Below, piece after piece: positions 19,565-28,452 of a stretch of 64,000 nt of DNA. A program made the position numbers and the translations under genes. Within the stretch, counting starts at the first letter, position 1; every line of letters begins with the position of its first letter. Source of the DNA: Candidatus Delongbacteria bacterium. Its GTDB lineage: Bacteria; CAIWAD01. Below the pieces are notes generated by a model. The model saw only the letters and a list, made by a program, of their open reading frames with translations, did no database searches and had not been told where the DNA came from. Where the stretch lies: positions 1,984,001 to 2,048,000 of the forward strand of contig OY760505.1 in NCBI GenBank assembly GCA_963663545.1, given 5' to 3'.

Positions 19565-20746
19565 ATGGCACCGCTTGTACCCGTCTACTTCAGCCATCAG
19601 TTTGAGCTGATTCTGGCTTTCTTCATCGGCGTCGCTTTTGGCTTTGTGCTGGAGCAGGCCGGTTTCGGCTCGTCGCGTCGATTGGTCGGCCTCTTCTATG
19701 GCTATGACTTCACCGTGTTACGCGTCTTCTTTACCGCCGGTATCACGGCCATGGCGGGCGTGCTCCTGCTGGGACACGTTGGCCTGCTGGATCTGGGCCT
19801 GATCTATGTGAACCCGACCTTCCTGCGCGCGGCCCTTGTCGGCGGCGGCATCATGGGGTTGGGTTTCGTGATTGGCGGCTTCTGCCCTGGCACCAGCATT
19901 TGCGCTGCCGTTACGGGCAAAGTGGACGCAATGGCCTTTGTCTTGGGCGCGACGCTGGGCGTATTCGCCTTCATGGAAGTCTACCCCTGGATGGAAGGCG
20001 TGTATCTGGCGCAGAACCTGGGCAACCTGCGCATCAGCGATCTGTTAGGTGTATCACCAAATGTCTTTGCTTTGGGTATGATCGCCATGGCGGTGGGAGC
20101 TTTTGTGCTGGTGGATCACCTGGAGTTTCGCAACAAGGACGTCGACACGCTGCGGATGGCGCGCCAGGGGCGCATTCTAGTGGCCGCCCTGACCATTGCC
20201 GTAGTTGGGTTTGTGATAGTGATGCCGAGCCACGCCGATGTCGTTCACATGCGACTGGAAAAGGCTCGGGCAGCGGGCTTTGACGTCCCCCGCATTCCCG
20301 CCGATCACTTTGCGCGCGAGCTGGCCAACTCCTATCGCAAGTACAATGTGATCGATGTGCGCAGTGCAGAAGAATATGAGGCGGGTCATCTGCCTTTGGC
20401 GATCAATGTGCCACTCGGTCAGATGGAACAGCGCGGTTGGCGTGCACTACTAACTCAGCGGTTGCGTACCAATGTGTATTACGCCGACGATCCGGCTATG
20501 GCAGCAGAGGCTTGTGCCCTGGCGGATTTGCTTGGACGTGGCGAGAACATGGCATTGCGTGAAACTCGGCAGGAGTTCAATGAGCTCTTCTACTCAGAGG
20601 AGATGCCCGTGGCTCGTGGCAGCCAGGACGCCTGGCGTGCGCGCCGCAAGATTGGCGAAGAACTGAAGAAGCTGGATGAGACCGAGGCGCGTTTTGCTGC
20701 ACCCGTCAAGACGACGGTTCAACCCGCAAAGGGTGGCTGCAGCTAA
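19565..20746 (+). CDS. YeeE/YedE half fused to rhodanese-like domain with C-terminal GGCS
   Basis: FGFVLEQAGF, GGFCPGT, IDVRSAEEYEAGHLPLAINVP, ends AKGGCS. Confidence 0.85.
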   Translation: MAPLVPVYFSHQFELILAFFIGVAFGFVLEQAGFGSSRRLVGLFYGYDFTVLRVFFTAGITAMAGVLLLGHVGLLDLGLIYVNPTFLRAALVGGGIMGLGFVIGGFCPGTSICAAVTGKVDAMAFVLGATLGVFAFMEVYPWMEGVYLAQNLGNLRISDLLGVSPNVFALGMIAMAVGAFVLVDHLEFRNKDVDTLRMARQGRILVAALTIAVVGFVIVMPSHADVVHMRLEKARAAGFDVPRIPADHFARELANSYRKYNVIDVRSAEEYEAGHLPLAINVPLGQMEQRGWRALLTQRLRTNVYYADDPAMAAEACALADLLGRGENMALRETRQEFNELFYSEEMPVARGSQDAWRARRKIGEELKKLDETEARFAAPVKTTVQPAKGGCS

Positions 20747-20771
20747 CGGAGTAGGTTTGTGATACAATCGG

Positions 20772-20805
20772 GGGCGTGTTGCAGGAGATGTAATACGCCC
20801 TTTTT
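20772..20805 (+). terminator. Rho-independent terminator
   Basis: GGGCGTGTTGCA-GGAGA-TGTAATACGCCC followed by TTTTT. Confidence 0.7.
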
Positions 20806-21337
20806 ACATTCCGGACTGCCAGGCCAGCACAAAGTCGCGTTGTGCGGCGGTTTCTGGCGAGGGGGCGTCTTTGCTACGCGCGGGTTCGCGTAGCCGCTGC
20901 AAGTGCTCGAAGACCTTGTCTCGTGATACAAAGTTGTGACGGATCAGCCAGCAGCAGACAACGGTTCCCGTGCGACCCTTTCCTCCCCAGCAGTGGACGT
21001 ACACGGGCTTTTCGTCTGCCAGCCTGTCGTCGATGTGATCCAGGATTCGGGCCATTTCGTGGACACTTGGCACACCCATATCCGGAATTCCAAAACGACT
21101 GTAGCAAGGTTGCGGGCTGAGATTCGACAGCAGTTGCCAATAGGGAAGAAAGGGCTCTCCCAGCTCATCCCGTTCTGTGTCACGCTGAAGATTTACGTAG
21201 CAGCGAATGCCGGCCCGGTGAATCTGTGTGAGGAGGTGCAGTGTGGATTCTGTGTCGTGACGAGCGGGCATCCGGCCCGCCAGCAGCGCGCCGGGTGCCA
21301 CCCAGTAGCAATCGTCATGCGGAAGCGAAATCGACAT
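20804..21337 (-). CDS. Dual-specificity / tyrosine protein phosphatase
   Basis: VYVHCWGGKGRTG CX5R loop, IPD acid loop, PETAAQ. Confidence 0.88.
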   Translation of the reverse strand: MSISLPHDDCYWVAPGALLAGRMPARHDTESTLHLLTQIHRAGIRCYVNLQRDTERDELGEPFLPYWQLLSNLSPQPCYSRFGIPDMGVPSVHEMARILDHIDDRLADEKPVYVHCWGGKGRTGTVVCCWLIRHNFVSRDKVFEHLQRLREPARSKDAPSPETAAQRDFVLAWQSGM

Positions 21338-21339
21338 GA

Positions 21340-21819
21340 TCAAGCATCCAGCAGGGTTCTCAAGTCATAGGCCTGGTTGCCGGGAAGATCCTGGCATGTG
21401 ATACGCACGCCACGATCCAGCAAAAGGCGTAACACCCGTTCCTGTTCCGGAGTCACAAAGATGTAATCAAGCAGTCGCCGAGCGCCCGGGCGGCTATGCA
21501 TACCACCGATATGAGCGCTTTCCAGGCGGCCGCCCTGATCCAACAAATCCAGCAGACATTGCGGGCTTGACACTACCGCGATCGTGTCGGAAGAGGGTGG
21601 TGTGGACAACTCTTCGACAAAAGCAGAGACGGTCATGAAGTGCAGGGTTTGCTCGTCCGAAGGACAGCAGAGGAAGAGGTCCTGTTCAAAATCGCTGCGG
21701 GCAATCTCGTTGTCACACAGAATGATTTCTGAGATATCGAGAGCCTCACACCAGCCAACACAGACCTGCCCATGAACCAGGCGGTCGTCTACGCGGATCA
21801 ACATGCGAGCCTTAGCCAT
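21340..21819 (-). CDS. PTS mannose/sorbose-family EIIB
   Basis: RVDDRLVHGQV phospho-His motif. Confidence 0.92.
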   Translation of the reverse strand: MAKARMLIRVDDRLVHGQVCVGWCEALDISEIILCDNEIARSDFEQDLFLCCPSDEQTLHFMTVSAFVEELSTPPSSDTIAVVSSPQCLLDLLDQGGRLESAHIGGMHSRPGARRLLDYIFVTPEQERVLRLLLDRGVRITCQDLPGNQAYDLRTLLDA

Positions 21820-22191
21820 TCAGCGGATTCCTTTTTTCCCACGATCCAGACCCAGCTCCGCGAGCTCATCCAATGTCAGACGATCGCGCCGGGTCAATAG
21901 AGACATCAACATTGGCAGGTTGACGCCGCAGAGAATGTGGTACTCCACCTCTGCCAAAGCCATTGCCCGCCGGGCTGCAGAGTAGCAGCTTCCGCCCACA
22001 AAATCGACCAAGAGAAGCACGGGGGAGGAATCTGCCACGGTCCACTGCTGAATAGCAAGAACCAGATCCTCGATGCTCAACTCCTGATTGCTGATTGCCG
22101 CCAGTGCTTCTTGCGGACCCATGATCTGATGTGCACAGCCAACGAGTGCTTCGCCAAGTTGTCCGTGTGATACAAGCAGAATCCTCAGCAT
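21820..22191 (-). CDS. PTS mannose/fructose-family EIIA
   Basis: LVSHG, LVDFVGGS, GVNLPML. Confidence 0.9.
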   Translation of the reverse strand: MLRILLVSHGQLGEALVGCAHQIMGPQEALAAISNQELSIEDLVLAIQQWTVADSSPVLLLVDFVGGSCYSAARRAMALAEVEYHILCGVNLPMLMSLLTRRDRLTLDELAELGLDRGKKGIR

Positions 22192-22194
22192 GGC

Positions 22195-23166
22195 TTACTC
22201 CGTGTCGCGACGCAAATAGCGCTTCAGACGACGCTTGTCTTCAATGGTCCTGAGTAGGCGATTGTTGAATTCCTGGGCAGAATCATAGCCATACACGCGC
22301 AAGTGCAGATTCATCGCCAGTGTTTCACACAGCACGGTGATGTTCTTACCGGGGAAGATCGGCAGCTGCACCCGTGGGATGGTAATGCCCAGCACTTCCA
22401 GTTCTTCGTGATCCAGGCCGACACGCTCGAAGCCGTCGCGTTCTTCCCAGAGACGGAGTTCCACGATCATTTCGAGACGCTTCTGCATGCGCACGGCTTT
22501 GATGCCGAAGAGTTGACGAATATCCAGAATGCCCAGGCCGCGCACTTCCATGAAGTGTTGCAGCATCTCGTTGCCTTGCCCCATCAGCACATCACCCGCC
22601 TTGCGTGTGACACGCACAATATCGTCGGCAACCAGACGATGGCCGCGCTCGATCAGATCCAGCGCCACTTCGCTCTTGCCAATGCCGCTTTTACCGGTCA
22701 ACAGCAGTCCTGTGCCATAGACGTCCACGAGGGTTCCGTGCAGCTGGGTTGTCGGGGCAAAGATGTCATCCAGATAGATAGAGAGCAGGTGATACAACGA
22801 GGTGGTATCCAGCTTCGAGCGCAGAATGGCAATGCCGCGTTGATTGCAGTTGTCCACCAGTTCCTGCGGCGGCTCAAGCTGGTTGGTGATCACCAGACAG
22901 GGAATGTCGAACTTGCCCAGCAGTTCCAGCGACTTGTGTCGCTCTTCGCTGGTGAAGGAGTGCAGATAAGAGATCTCCGTGTTGCCCAGCACCTGAATGC
23001 GATCGTAGGCAAACAGACCGATGTAGCCAGCAAGTGCCAGACCGGGCCTGTGCAGAGCTTTCTTGTCCACAACCCGTTGCATGCCCTCGGGATTGCTGGT
23101 CAGCAGTTCAAGCTGCAGCTCTTCCCGCAGGTCTTCCAGAATTTGTTCTACGTAGAGTTCGCTCAT
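22195..23166 (-). CDS. hprK: HPr(Ser) kinase/phosphorylase
   Basis: RPGLALAG, GKSGIGKSE, GHRLVADD, EVRGLGI. Confidence 0.96.
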   Translation of the reverse strand: MSELYVEQILEDLREELQLELLTSNPEGMQRVVDKKALHRPGLALAGYIGLFAYDRIQVLGNTEISYLHSFTSEERHKSLELLGKFDIPCLVITNQLEPPQELVDNCNQRGIAILRSKLDTTSLYHLLSIYLDDIFAPTTQLHGTLVDVYGTGLLLTGKSGIGKSEVALDLIERGHRLVADDIVRVTRKAGDVLMGQGNEMLQHFMEVRGLGILDIRQLFGIKAVRMQKRLEMIVELRLWEERDGFERVGLDHEELEVLGITIPRVQLPIFPGKNITVLCETLAMNLHLRVYGYDSAQEFNNRLLRTIEDKRRLKRYLRRDTE

Positions 23167-23221
23167 GAGTGTGAAAGGGCGGCCGTAGCCGCCCCGATCC
23201 TGTCAGTTGTCGTGACCCCGG

Positions 23222-23512
23222 TTAGTGCTTTGAGCGCACTTTCTCTTTGAAGCGCACAATCTGCTTCTCAAGCTTGCCAACGGCCTGGTCAATACTCTTT
23301 TCAAAGTTCTCGCTGTCTTCGGACGCCGCAAAGGAGTCGCCTTTGACCATCAAGGTAATTTCGGCGGTCTTGTTCAGCTTCTCTTCGTGAAGCACAATGT
23401 CGCAGTCGATGATGTGATCAAAGTACTTCTTCAGACGGCGAACTTCCTCGGAAGCGTAGTTCTTTAGACGGTCGCTGGCTTTGAAATGCCGGGATGTCAC
23501 GGTAATGCGCAT
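23222..23512 (-). CDS. hpf: Ribosome hibernation promoting factor (short HPF/RaiA)
   Basis: ITVTSRHF, SIDQAVGKLEKQIVRFKEK. Confidence 0.9.
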   Translation of the reverse strand: MRITVTSRHFKASDRLKNYASEEVRRLKKYFDHIIDCDIVLHEEKLNKTAEITLMVKGDSFAASEDSENFEKSIDQAVGKLEKQIVRFKEKVRSKH

Positions 23513-23544
23513 GGCTTCCTCCTATACTAAGCGTTCGCCGGACT

Positions 23545-24486
23545 CTAAGCTCTAGGGTGAGCCCGGCTGTGGATTTCTTTCAATCGGCTCCCGGTCAGAT
23601 GCGTGTAGACCTGTGTGGTCGACAGGCTGGAATGACCCAGGAGTTCTTGTACTACGCGCAAATCGGCTCCATGATCCAGCATGTGGGTGGCAAAACTGTG
23701 CCGTATCACATGCGGCGAGAGTTTGCGATTGCGTGATACTCGACCAAGTTGTTGATGAACAATGACCTGTATGCGGCGCCGCGAGAGCCGGCTTCCCCGC
23801 TGGCTCAGCAGCAGCGCTGTTTCCTGGTGATCGGCACCCTTGAGCGAGCCCAGAAGCAGGCTGCGACGCTCGAGATAGTCGGGAAGCAACTCCAGCACGG
23901 GGCGGCCCATAGGCAGCACTCGTTCCTTGCTGCCTTTGCCCAGTACGCGCACTGTTTGGCCGCGCAGGTTGCGCAGATCGAGTCCAACCAGTTCGGCCAG
24001 GCGCATGCCCGTGCTGTAAAGCAGCTCCAGAATCAGACGATCGCGGCAGCTGTTGAAATCGACGGGGTGCAGCTCCTCGATGGCCTCGCGCATTTCCTGC
24101 ACGCTGAGTACGCTGGGCAAGTTCTGGTCCAGCTTGATGGCGGGAAAGGAGGCGACCGGGTTTGCGTCGATCAATCCGCGAGCCTGCAGAAAGCGGCACC
24201 AACTACGCACCGAGGCCAGATGACGCGCCAGCGTTCGTGGCTTCACTCCCTCACGCGCACGCGCAGCGAGGAAGGCGCGAATGGTTTGACGGTCAAGCGG
24301 GCTGCCTTCACCAGCAAAGTCGATGAGCAAGGTGAGGTCGCGTTGATAGGCTTGAATGGTATGGACGGAGTAGTTGCGCTCCAGCCGGAGGGCTTCGAGG
24401 AACTGCTGTAGCAGTTGCTGAGGATTCAAGGAGAGACGCTCAATCACGCCTGTCACGGGCGCCCCGGAGTTGAGAATTGCTGCCAA
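23545..24486 (-). CDS. xerC: Tyrosine recombinase XerC (start uncertain)
   Basis: ERNYSVHTIQAY, LYSTGMRLAEL, GKGSKER, HVIRHSFATH, LGHSSLSTTQVYTH, AHPRA. Synteny with topA and hpf. Confidence 0.88.
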   Translation of the reverse strand: MAAILNSGAPVTGVIERLSLNPQQLLQQFLEALRLERNYSVHTIQAYQRDLTLLIDFAGEGSPLDRQTIRAFLAARAREGVKPRTLARHLASVRSWCRFLQARGLIDANPVASFPAIKLDQNLPSVLSVQEMREAIEELHPVDFNSCRDRLILELLYSTGMRLAELVGLDLRNLRGQTVRVLGKGSKERVLPMGRPVLELLPDYLERRSLLLGSLKGADHQETALLLSQRGSRLSRRRIQVIVHQQLGRVSRNRKLSPHVIRHSFATHMLDHGADLRVVQELLGHSSLSTTQVYTHLTGSRLKEIHSRAHPRA

Positions 24487-24642
24487 AGTTCAATTCGCTC
24501 ATCGGCGTTTGCGTGCGGTACCTTGACCGCTCCTCAATGTAAAGAGAGCGGAATCGGGAGCCAAGCAGAACCTCGTTGCCAAAAAGAGGAAAGGGGCATC
24601 GGCCGAAGCTGACGCCCCCGTAGTGCAATCGATGTCGGGTGG

Positions 24643-26931
24643 CTATTCTTCCGGGTCCACTTCCGTTTTGCAGACCGGGCAGCGCAGCAGGTTGCGACCG
24701 TCGGTGAAGCGCTCGACCATGTAGTTGCTGCCGCAGGCCGGGCAGGGGTGAAGGACCGGCTTGTCCCACGAAGCGAAATCGCATTTGGGGTACTCGCTGC
24801 AGCCGTAGAAGACGCGGCCACGCTTGCTGCGACGTTCGGTGATACGCCCCTTGCAGTCGGGCTTGGGGCACTCGATGCCAAGATCGATGGGCCTGATGTT
24901 GCGGCACTTGGGATAATTGCTGCATCCCAGAAAGCGACCGAAGCGCGAGGCCTTGACCACCATTGGGCTACCACACTTGTCACAGACTACATCGGTTTGG
25001 CGGTCGCCGTCCTGCTCGTCCGGGTTGCGCGTGTAGCGGCACTCGGGAAAACCAGAGCAGGCAATGAAGCGCCCGTTGCGTCCCCATTTGTACAGCAGGT
25101 CGCGGCCGCATTCGGGGCAGGCTTCGCCCACGGTTTCGGTGACTTCTTCCTTGATGGCACGCGAGTTGGCCTCCGCCGTCTGCAGCGCTTTGCTGAAGGG
25201 CGAGTAGAAGTCGTCGAGCACTTTCTGCCAAGATTCGCCGCCCTCGATGGAATCCAGCTCAGTCTCCATGCCTGCAGTGAAGTCGACATTGAAGATGCCC
25301 GTGAAATGTGTCACGAGAATGCGGTTGACTGTTTTGCCCAGGTCGGTCGGATGAAAGCGCTTCTCTTTCAGCTCGACATAGCTGCGCTTCAGAATCATGT
25401 CGACGATGGTGGCGTAGGTGCTCGGTCGGCCAATGCCCTGCTCTTCCAGCGCACGGATCAGGCTTTCCTGGCTGAATCGTGCGGGCGGCTTGGTAAAGTG
25501 CTGCTCGGCCTTCAGCTCCTTCAGGTTCGCGTTTTCGCCTTCGTGCAGGTTGGCGGGAATGGGCTTGTCTTCCTTCTGAGCGCTTTTGCGATTCTCGGCC
25601 ATGTCCTCGTAGATCTCGAGGAAGCCCTTGCGCACCAGCACACTGCCGGTGGCGCGACACAGGAAGCGGTCGCCCAACAAATCGATACTGCGCTGGCGGA
25701 ACAGTGCCGGAATCATCTGGCAGGCCACAAAGCGCTTCCAGATCAATTGGTACAAGCGATACTGATCGCGCTGCAGCGAGTTCTTGATGCTCTCGGGAGT
25801 CAACAGAACACTGGTGGGACGAATGGCCTCGTGAGCGTCCTGGGCGCGTTTCTTGCCGCGATACTGTTGCGGCTTGTCGGGCACCTGCTCGGGACCGAGG
25901 TTCTCGCTGATCCAGGCGCGGCATTCTTCCAGCGCACTGTCGGCCAGTCGCGTGGAGTCGGTACGCATGTAGGTGATCAGACCGACGCTCTCGCCACCGG
26001 ACAATTCTACACCTTCGTAGAGCTGCTGTGCCAGCATCATCGTTTTGCGCGGGCTGAAACCCAGGCGACGGGCCGCATCCTGCTGCAGCGTTGACGTAAT
26101 GAAGGGAGCGGCGGGCTTGCGGCTGACTTCCTTTTCGGCAATCTGCGCGACCTGCCAGCTTGCGGCTTCCATCGCAGCTTTAATTGCCTCGGCTTCTGCC
26201 GCGCTGCTGATTGCTGGTTTCTCACCGGCGCGAGGATCGCCTACTCCGGCGCGTGCACTTTGAGCATCGTCGAAAAGACGTAGCAACTGGGCCTGGAAAT
26301 CCTCACCCGCCTGGCTGGTGAAGGTGCCGTCAAAGCTCCAGTATTCCTGGGGCACAAAGGCGTCGATTTCTTCTTCGCGTTCGCAGATCAGGCGTACAGC
26401 TACGCTTTGCACTCGACCCGCAGAAAGGCCGCGGCTGACGGTCTTCCATAATATCGGGCTCACCTGGTATCCCACCAGACGGTCCATCACGCGGCGCGCC
26501 TGCTGGGCGTCCACGCGATTCTGGTCGATGGTATCGGGGTGCTGGACCGCGTCGATGATCGCCTTCTTGGTGATCTCGTTGAAGCGAATGCGCTGAATCT
26601 TGACGGCACCCTTTGTCGCCCGGCCAAGCTCATTAGCAATGTGCCACGCAATGGCCTCACCCTCGCGGTCGAGGTCCGTTGCGATCAACACTTGCTCCAC
26701 AGCGCGCGCGCGCTTCTTCAAATCGTTGATGATGCGAGTCTTGCCGCGTACCGGGACGTAGTGCGGAAGGAAACCCTTCTCGACATCTACTCCAAGCTCC
26801 TTTTCGGGCAGGTCGATGATATGACCGACGCTGCTGGCCACATCGTAGACGCGTGGCCGCCAGGATTCCAAGTACTTGCTAAAGGTCTTCGCCTTGGTCG
26901 GGGACTCAACAATGACGAGTGTTGTAGCCAT
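24643..26931 (-). CDS. topA: DNA topoisomerase I
   Basis: LVIVESPTKAK, ATDLDREGE, SAGRVQ, ITYMRTD, C-terminal zinc ribbons. Confidence 0.97.
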   Translation of the reverse strand: MATTLVIVESPTKAKTFSKYLESWRPRVYDVASSVGHIIDLPEKELGVDVEKGFLPHYVPVRGKTRIINDLKKRARAVEQVLIATDLDREGEAIAWHIANELGRATKGAVKIQRIRFNEITKKAIIDAVQHPDTIDQNRVDAQQARRVMDRLVGYQVSPILWKTVSRGLSAGRVQSVAVRLICEREEEIDAFVPQEYWSFDGTFTSQAGEDFQAQLLRLFDDAQSARAGVGDPRAGEKPAISSAAEAEAIKAAMEAASWQVAQIAEKEVSRKPAAPFITSTLQQDAARRLGFSPRKTMMLAQQLYEGVELSGGESVGLITYMRTDSTRLADSALEECRAWISENLGPEQVPDKPQQYRGKKRAQDAHEAIRPTSVLLTPESIKNSLQRDQYRLYQLIWKRFVACQMIPALFRQRSIDLLGDRFLCRATGSVLVRKGFLEIYEDMAENRKSAQKEDKPIPANLHEGENANLKELKAEQHFTKPPARFSQESLIRALEEQGIGRPSTYATIVDMILKRSYVELKEKRFHPTDLGKTVNRILVTHFTGIFNVDFTAGMETELDSIEGGESWQKVLDDFYSPFSKALQTAEANSRAIKEEVTETVGEACPECGRDLLYKWGRNGRFIACSGFPECRYTRNPDEQDGDRQTDVVCDKCGSPMVVKASRFGRFLGCSNYPKCRNIRPIDLGIECPKPDCKGRITERRSKRGRVFYGCSEYPKCDFASWDKPVLHPCPACGSNYMVERFTDGRNLLRCPVCKTEVDPEE

Positions 26932-26985
26932 CGGGTGCCTGGGGCCTCCCTGGTTGGGCATGCTTGTGGAGTGGGAATCGGTCCC

Positions 26986-27453
26986 CTAATGTCGGGACGG
27001 ATGGGCGGGTCGCACCAGCCACTGTTGCTGGCTAATATCCAGCCTCTCTTGTCCAAGCATGTAGGTACTGACAAACTCTCGCAGTTCTTCAAAGGGCACT
27101 TCGGAGCGCTCGCTCCACATCGCGCGGGCGATGTAAGCTTCGGTTTCAGCCGTGTTCAACAGGCTGCTGTTCTGTAGCTCCGCAAGAAATCCCTTTGCCT
27201 CGGGACTAAGGAAATTATGTTCAACTTCGTGCAGGATCCGTCGGCTGTTCGGGTGCACGGCCTCGCCCTGGTACGCTGGTCCCTGAACGCCCATCTGCTC
27301 GGCAAGCCATTCCATGGCCTGTCGCACATCGTCGTGCTCAAAGCCGCGGCGAAGCAGCTCGTCGGCGACAGACTCGGTGTCGATCAGCTCGCTATTACCG
27401 GAGAGTAGATGCTGCAACAGCAGCAGCAGGATTTCGGCTAGTTTGGCGTTCAC
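26986..27453 (-). CDS. smg: Smg/DUF494 family protein
   Basis: LLRRGFEHDDVRQAMEWL, RILHEVE..FLSPEAKGFL, directly upstream of topA. Confidence 0.75.
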   Translation of the reverse strand: MNAKLAEILLLLLQHLLSGNSELIDTESVADELLRRGFEHDDVRQAMEWLAEQMGVQGPAYQGEAVHPNSRRILHEVEHNFLSPEAKGFLAELQNSSLLNTAETEAYIARAMWSERSEVPFEELREFVSTYMLGQERLDISQQQWLVRPAHPSRH

Positions 27454-27567
27454 CCTTGCCTTTCCATTCGGACCCTTAGCGCGCAAAATAGCAAAAGCAC
27501 CGAGCAGCGCAAGTGTGTGCCGATAAAGGCACTGTGCCGAAGATTCAAATGTATGGTAGCCTGGACA

Positions 27568-28359
27568 CTATTCTGGAGTGGCAAGCCGATCGCCCTGGAA
27601 GGCCTTGCTGCTGAAGTCGAAGCTGATGCGAAAACCGCCGATGCGCATGGTGATGTAACGAAGCCGGTCGCTGGCGGGGTCTATCCAGGCATGGAAGCTC
27701 ATGGCGCGTTTGCCCTCGGGAGCTGAAAGCAGTTGATAGCGATAGTAGTAGCCCGTAAGGCCGGGCATCTCCTTGTTCTGCTGCCTCCGGTTCACCTTGC
27801 CGAAACAGGTCGTCAGGGCGTCGCGATCGATTTCGGGCAAGCTAAGGAGCTGCGCTTCGTTCAAATGGCATGTGACACGTTTACTGCTTAGGTCTAGATC
27901 CGTGTCACCGCTAACAAAGCTCTCCACCAGCAGGCTCACCGTACCGTCGCCCAAGGCTTGGCTGAAGTGGCGATCAACCGCGAGTTCCGTCATGCGCTGG
28001 TTTTGAAAATGTGCTTCAAGACTGATTCGCGGACCCGCATAGTCCGGCACGCGTTGCCAGGTCCAGACCCAGATACTATCGAGGCCCTCGCTGTTTCTGA
28101 TGCACCTTGTCGGCTCGCGACCGCTGGCTAGAACACGCACATCGAGGGGTTTTAGCACGGGATCAAGGAAGACTAAGGTGGGACCGCGCAGGCTATCCGC
28201 GGGCAACATGCGAAAGTTTTTCTCGTACTCTTTGAACTGTCCGCGAGTGGCCCATAAACGGCCAACAGTGCCGACAAAACAGCCACTAAGCACCAAGAGG
28301 AGGAGGCAAAACAGGGTGGCGAGCGCCGGTGTACGGTATTTTGTAAGCTTGACAAACAT
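27568..28359 (-). CDS. Hypothetical lipoprotein
   Basis: Lipobox LSGC, 263 aa. Confidence 0.6.
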   Translation of the reverse strand: MFVKLTKYRTPALATLFCLLLLVLSGCFVGTVGRLWATRGQFKEYEKNFRMLPADSLRGPTLVFLDPVLKPLDVRVLASGREPTRCIRNSEGLDSIWVWTWQRVPDYAGPRISLEAHFQNQRMTELAVDRHFSQALGDGTVSLLVESFVSGDTDLDLSSKRVTCHLNEAQLLSLPEIDRDALTTCFGKVNRRQQNKEMPGLTGYYYRYQLLSAPEGKRAMSFHAWIDPASDRLRYITMRIGGFRISFDFSSKAFQGDRLATPE

Positions 28360-28452
28360 CGGCCTATAATGTACTCTCGAAATTCTGGTTTTACGCCGAC
28401 GAGCAAAAAGGTTCTAAACAGATTATAAGTCAACGGATCATTCACAACCCTC

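Noticed and set aside
19561..19567. Selenocysteine read-through at the TGA between the YeeE halves
   Set aside because: The next gene starts in a different frame with its own GGAGG RBS, and both conserved Cys are normally encoded.
23545..24486. Tyrosine recombinase as a prophage or island integrase
   Set aside because: XerC signature and housekeeping synteny (topA, hpf), with no att sites or phage genes.
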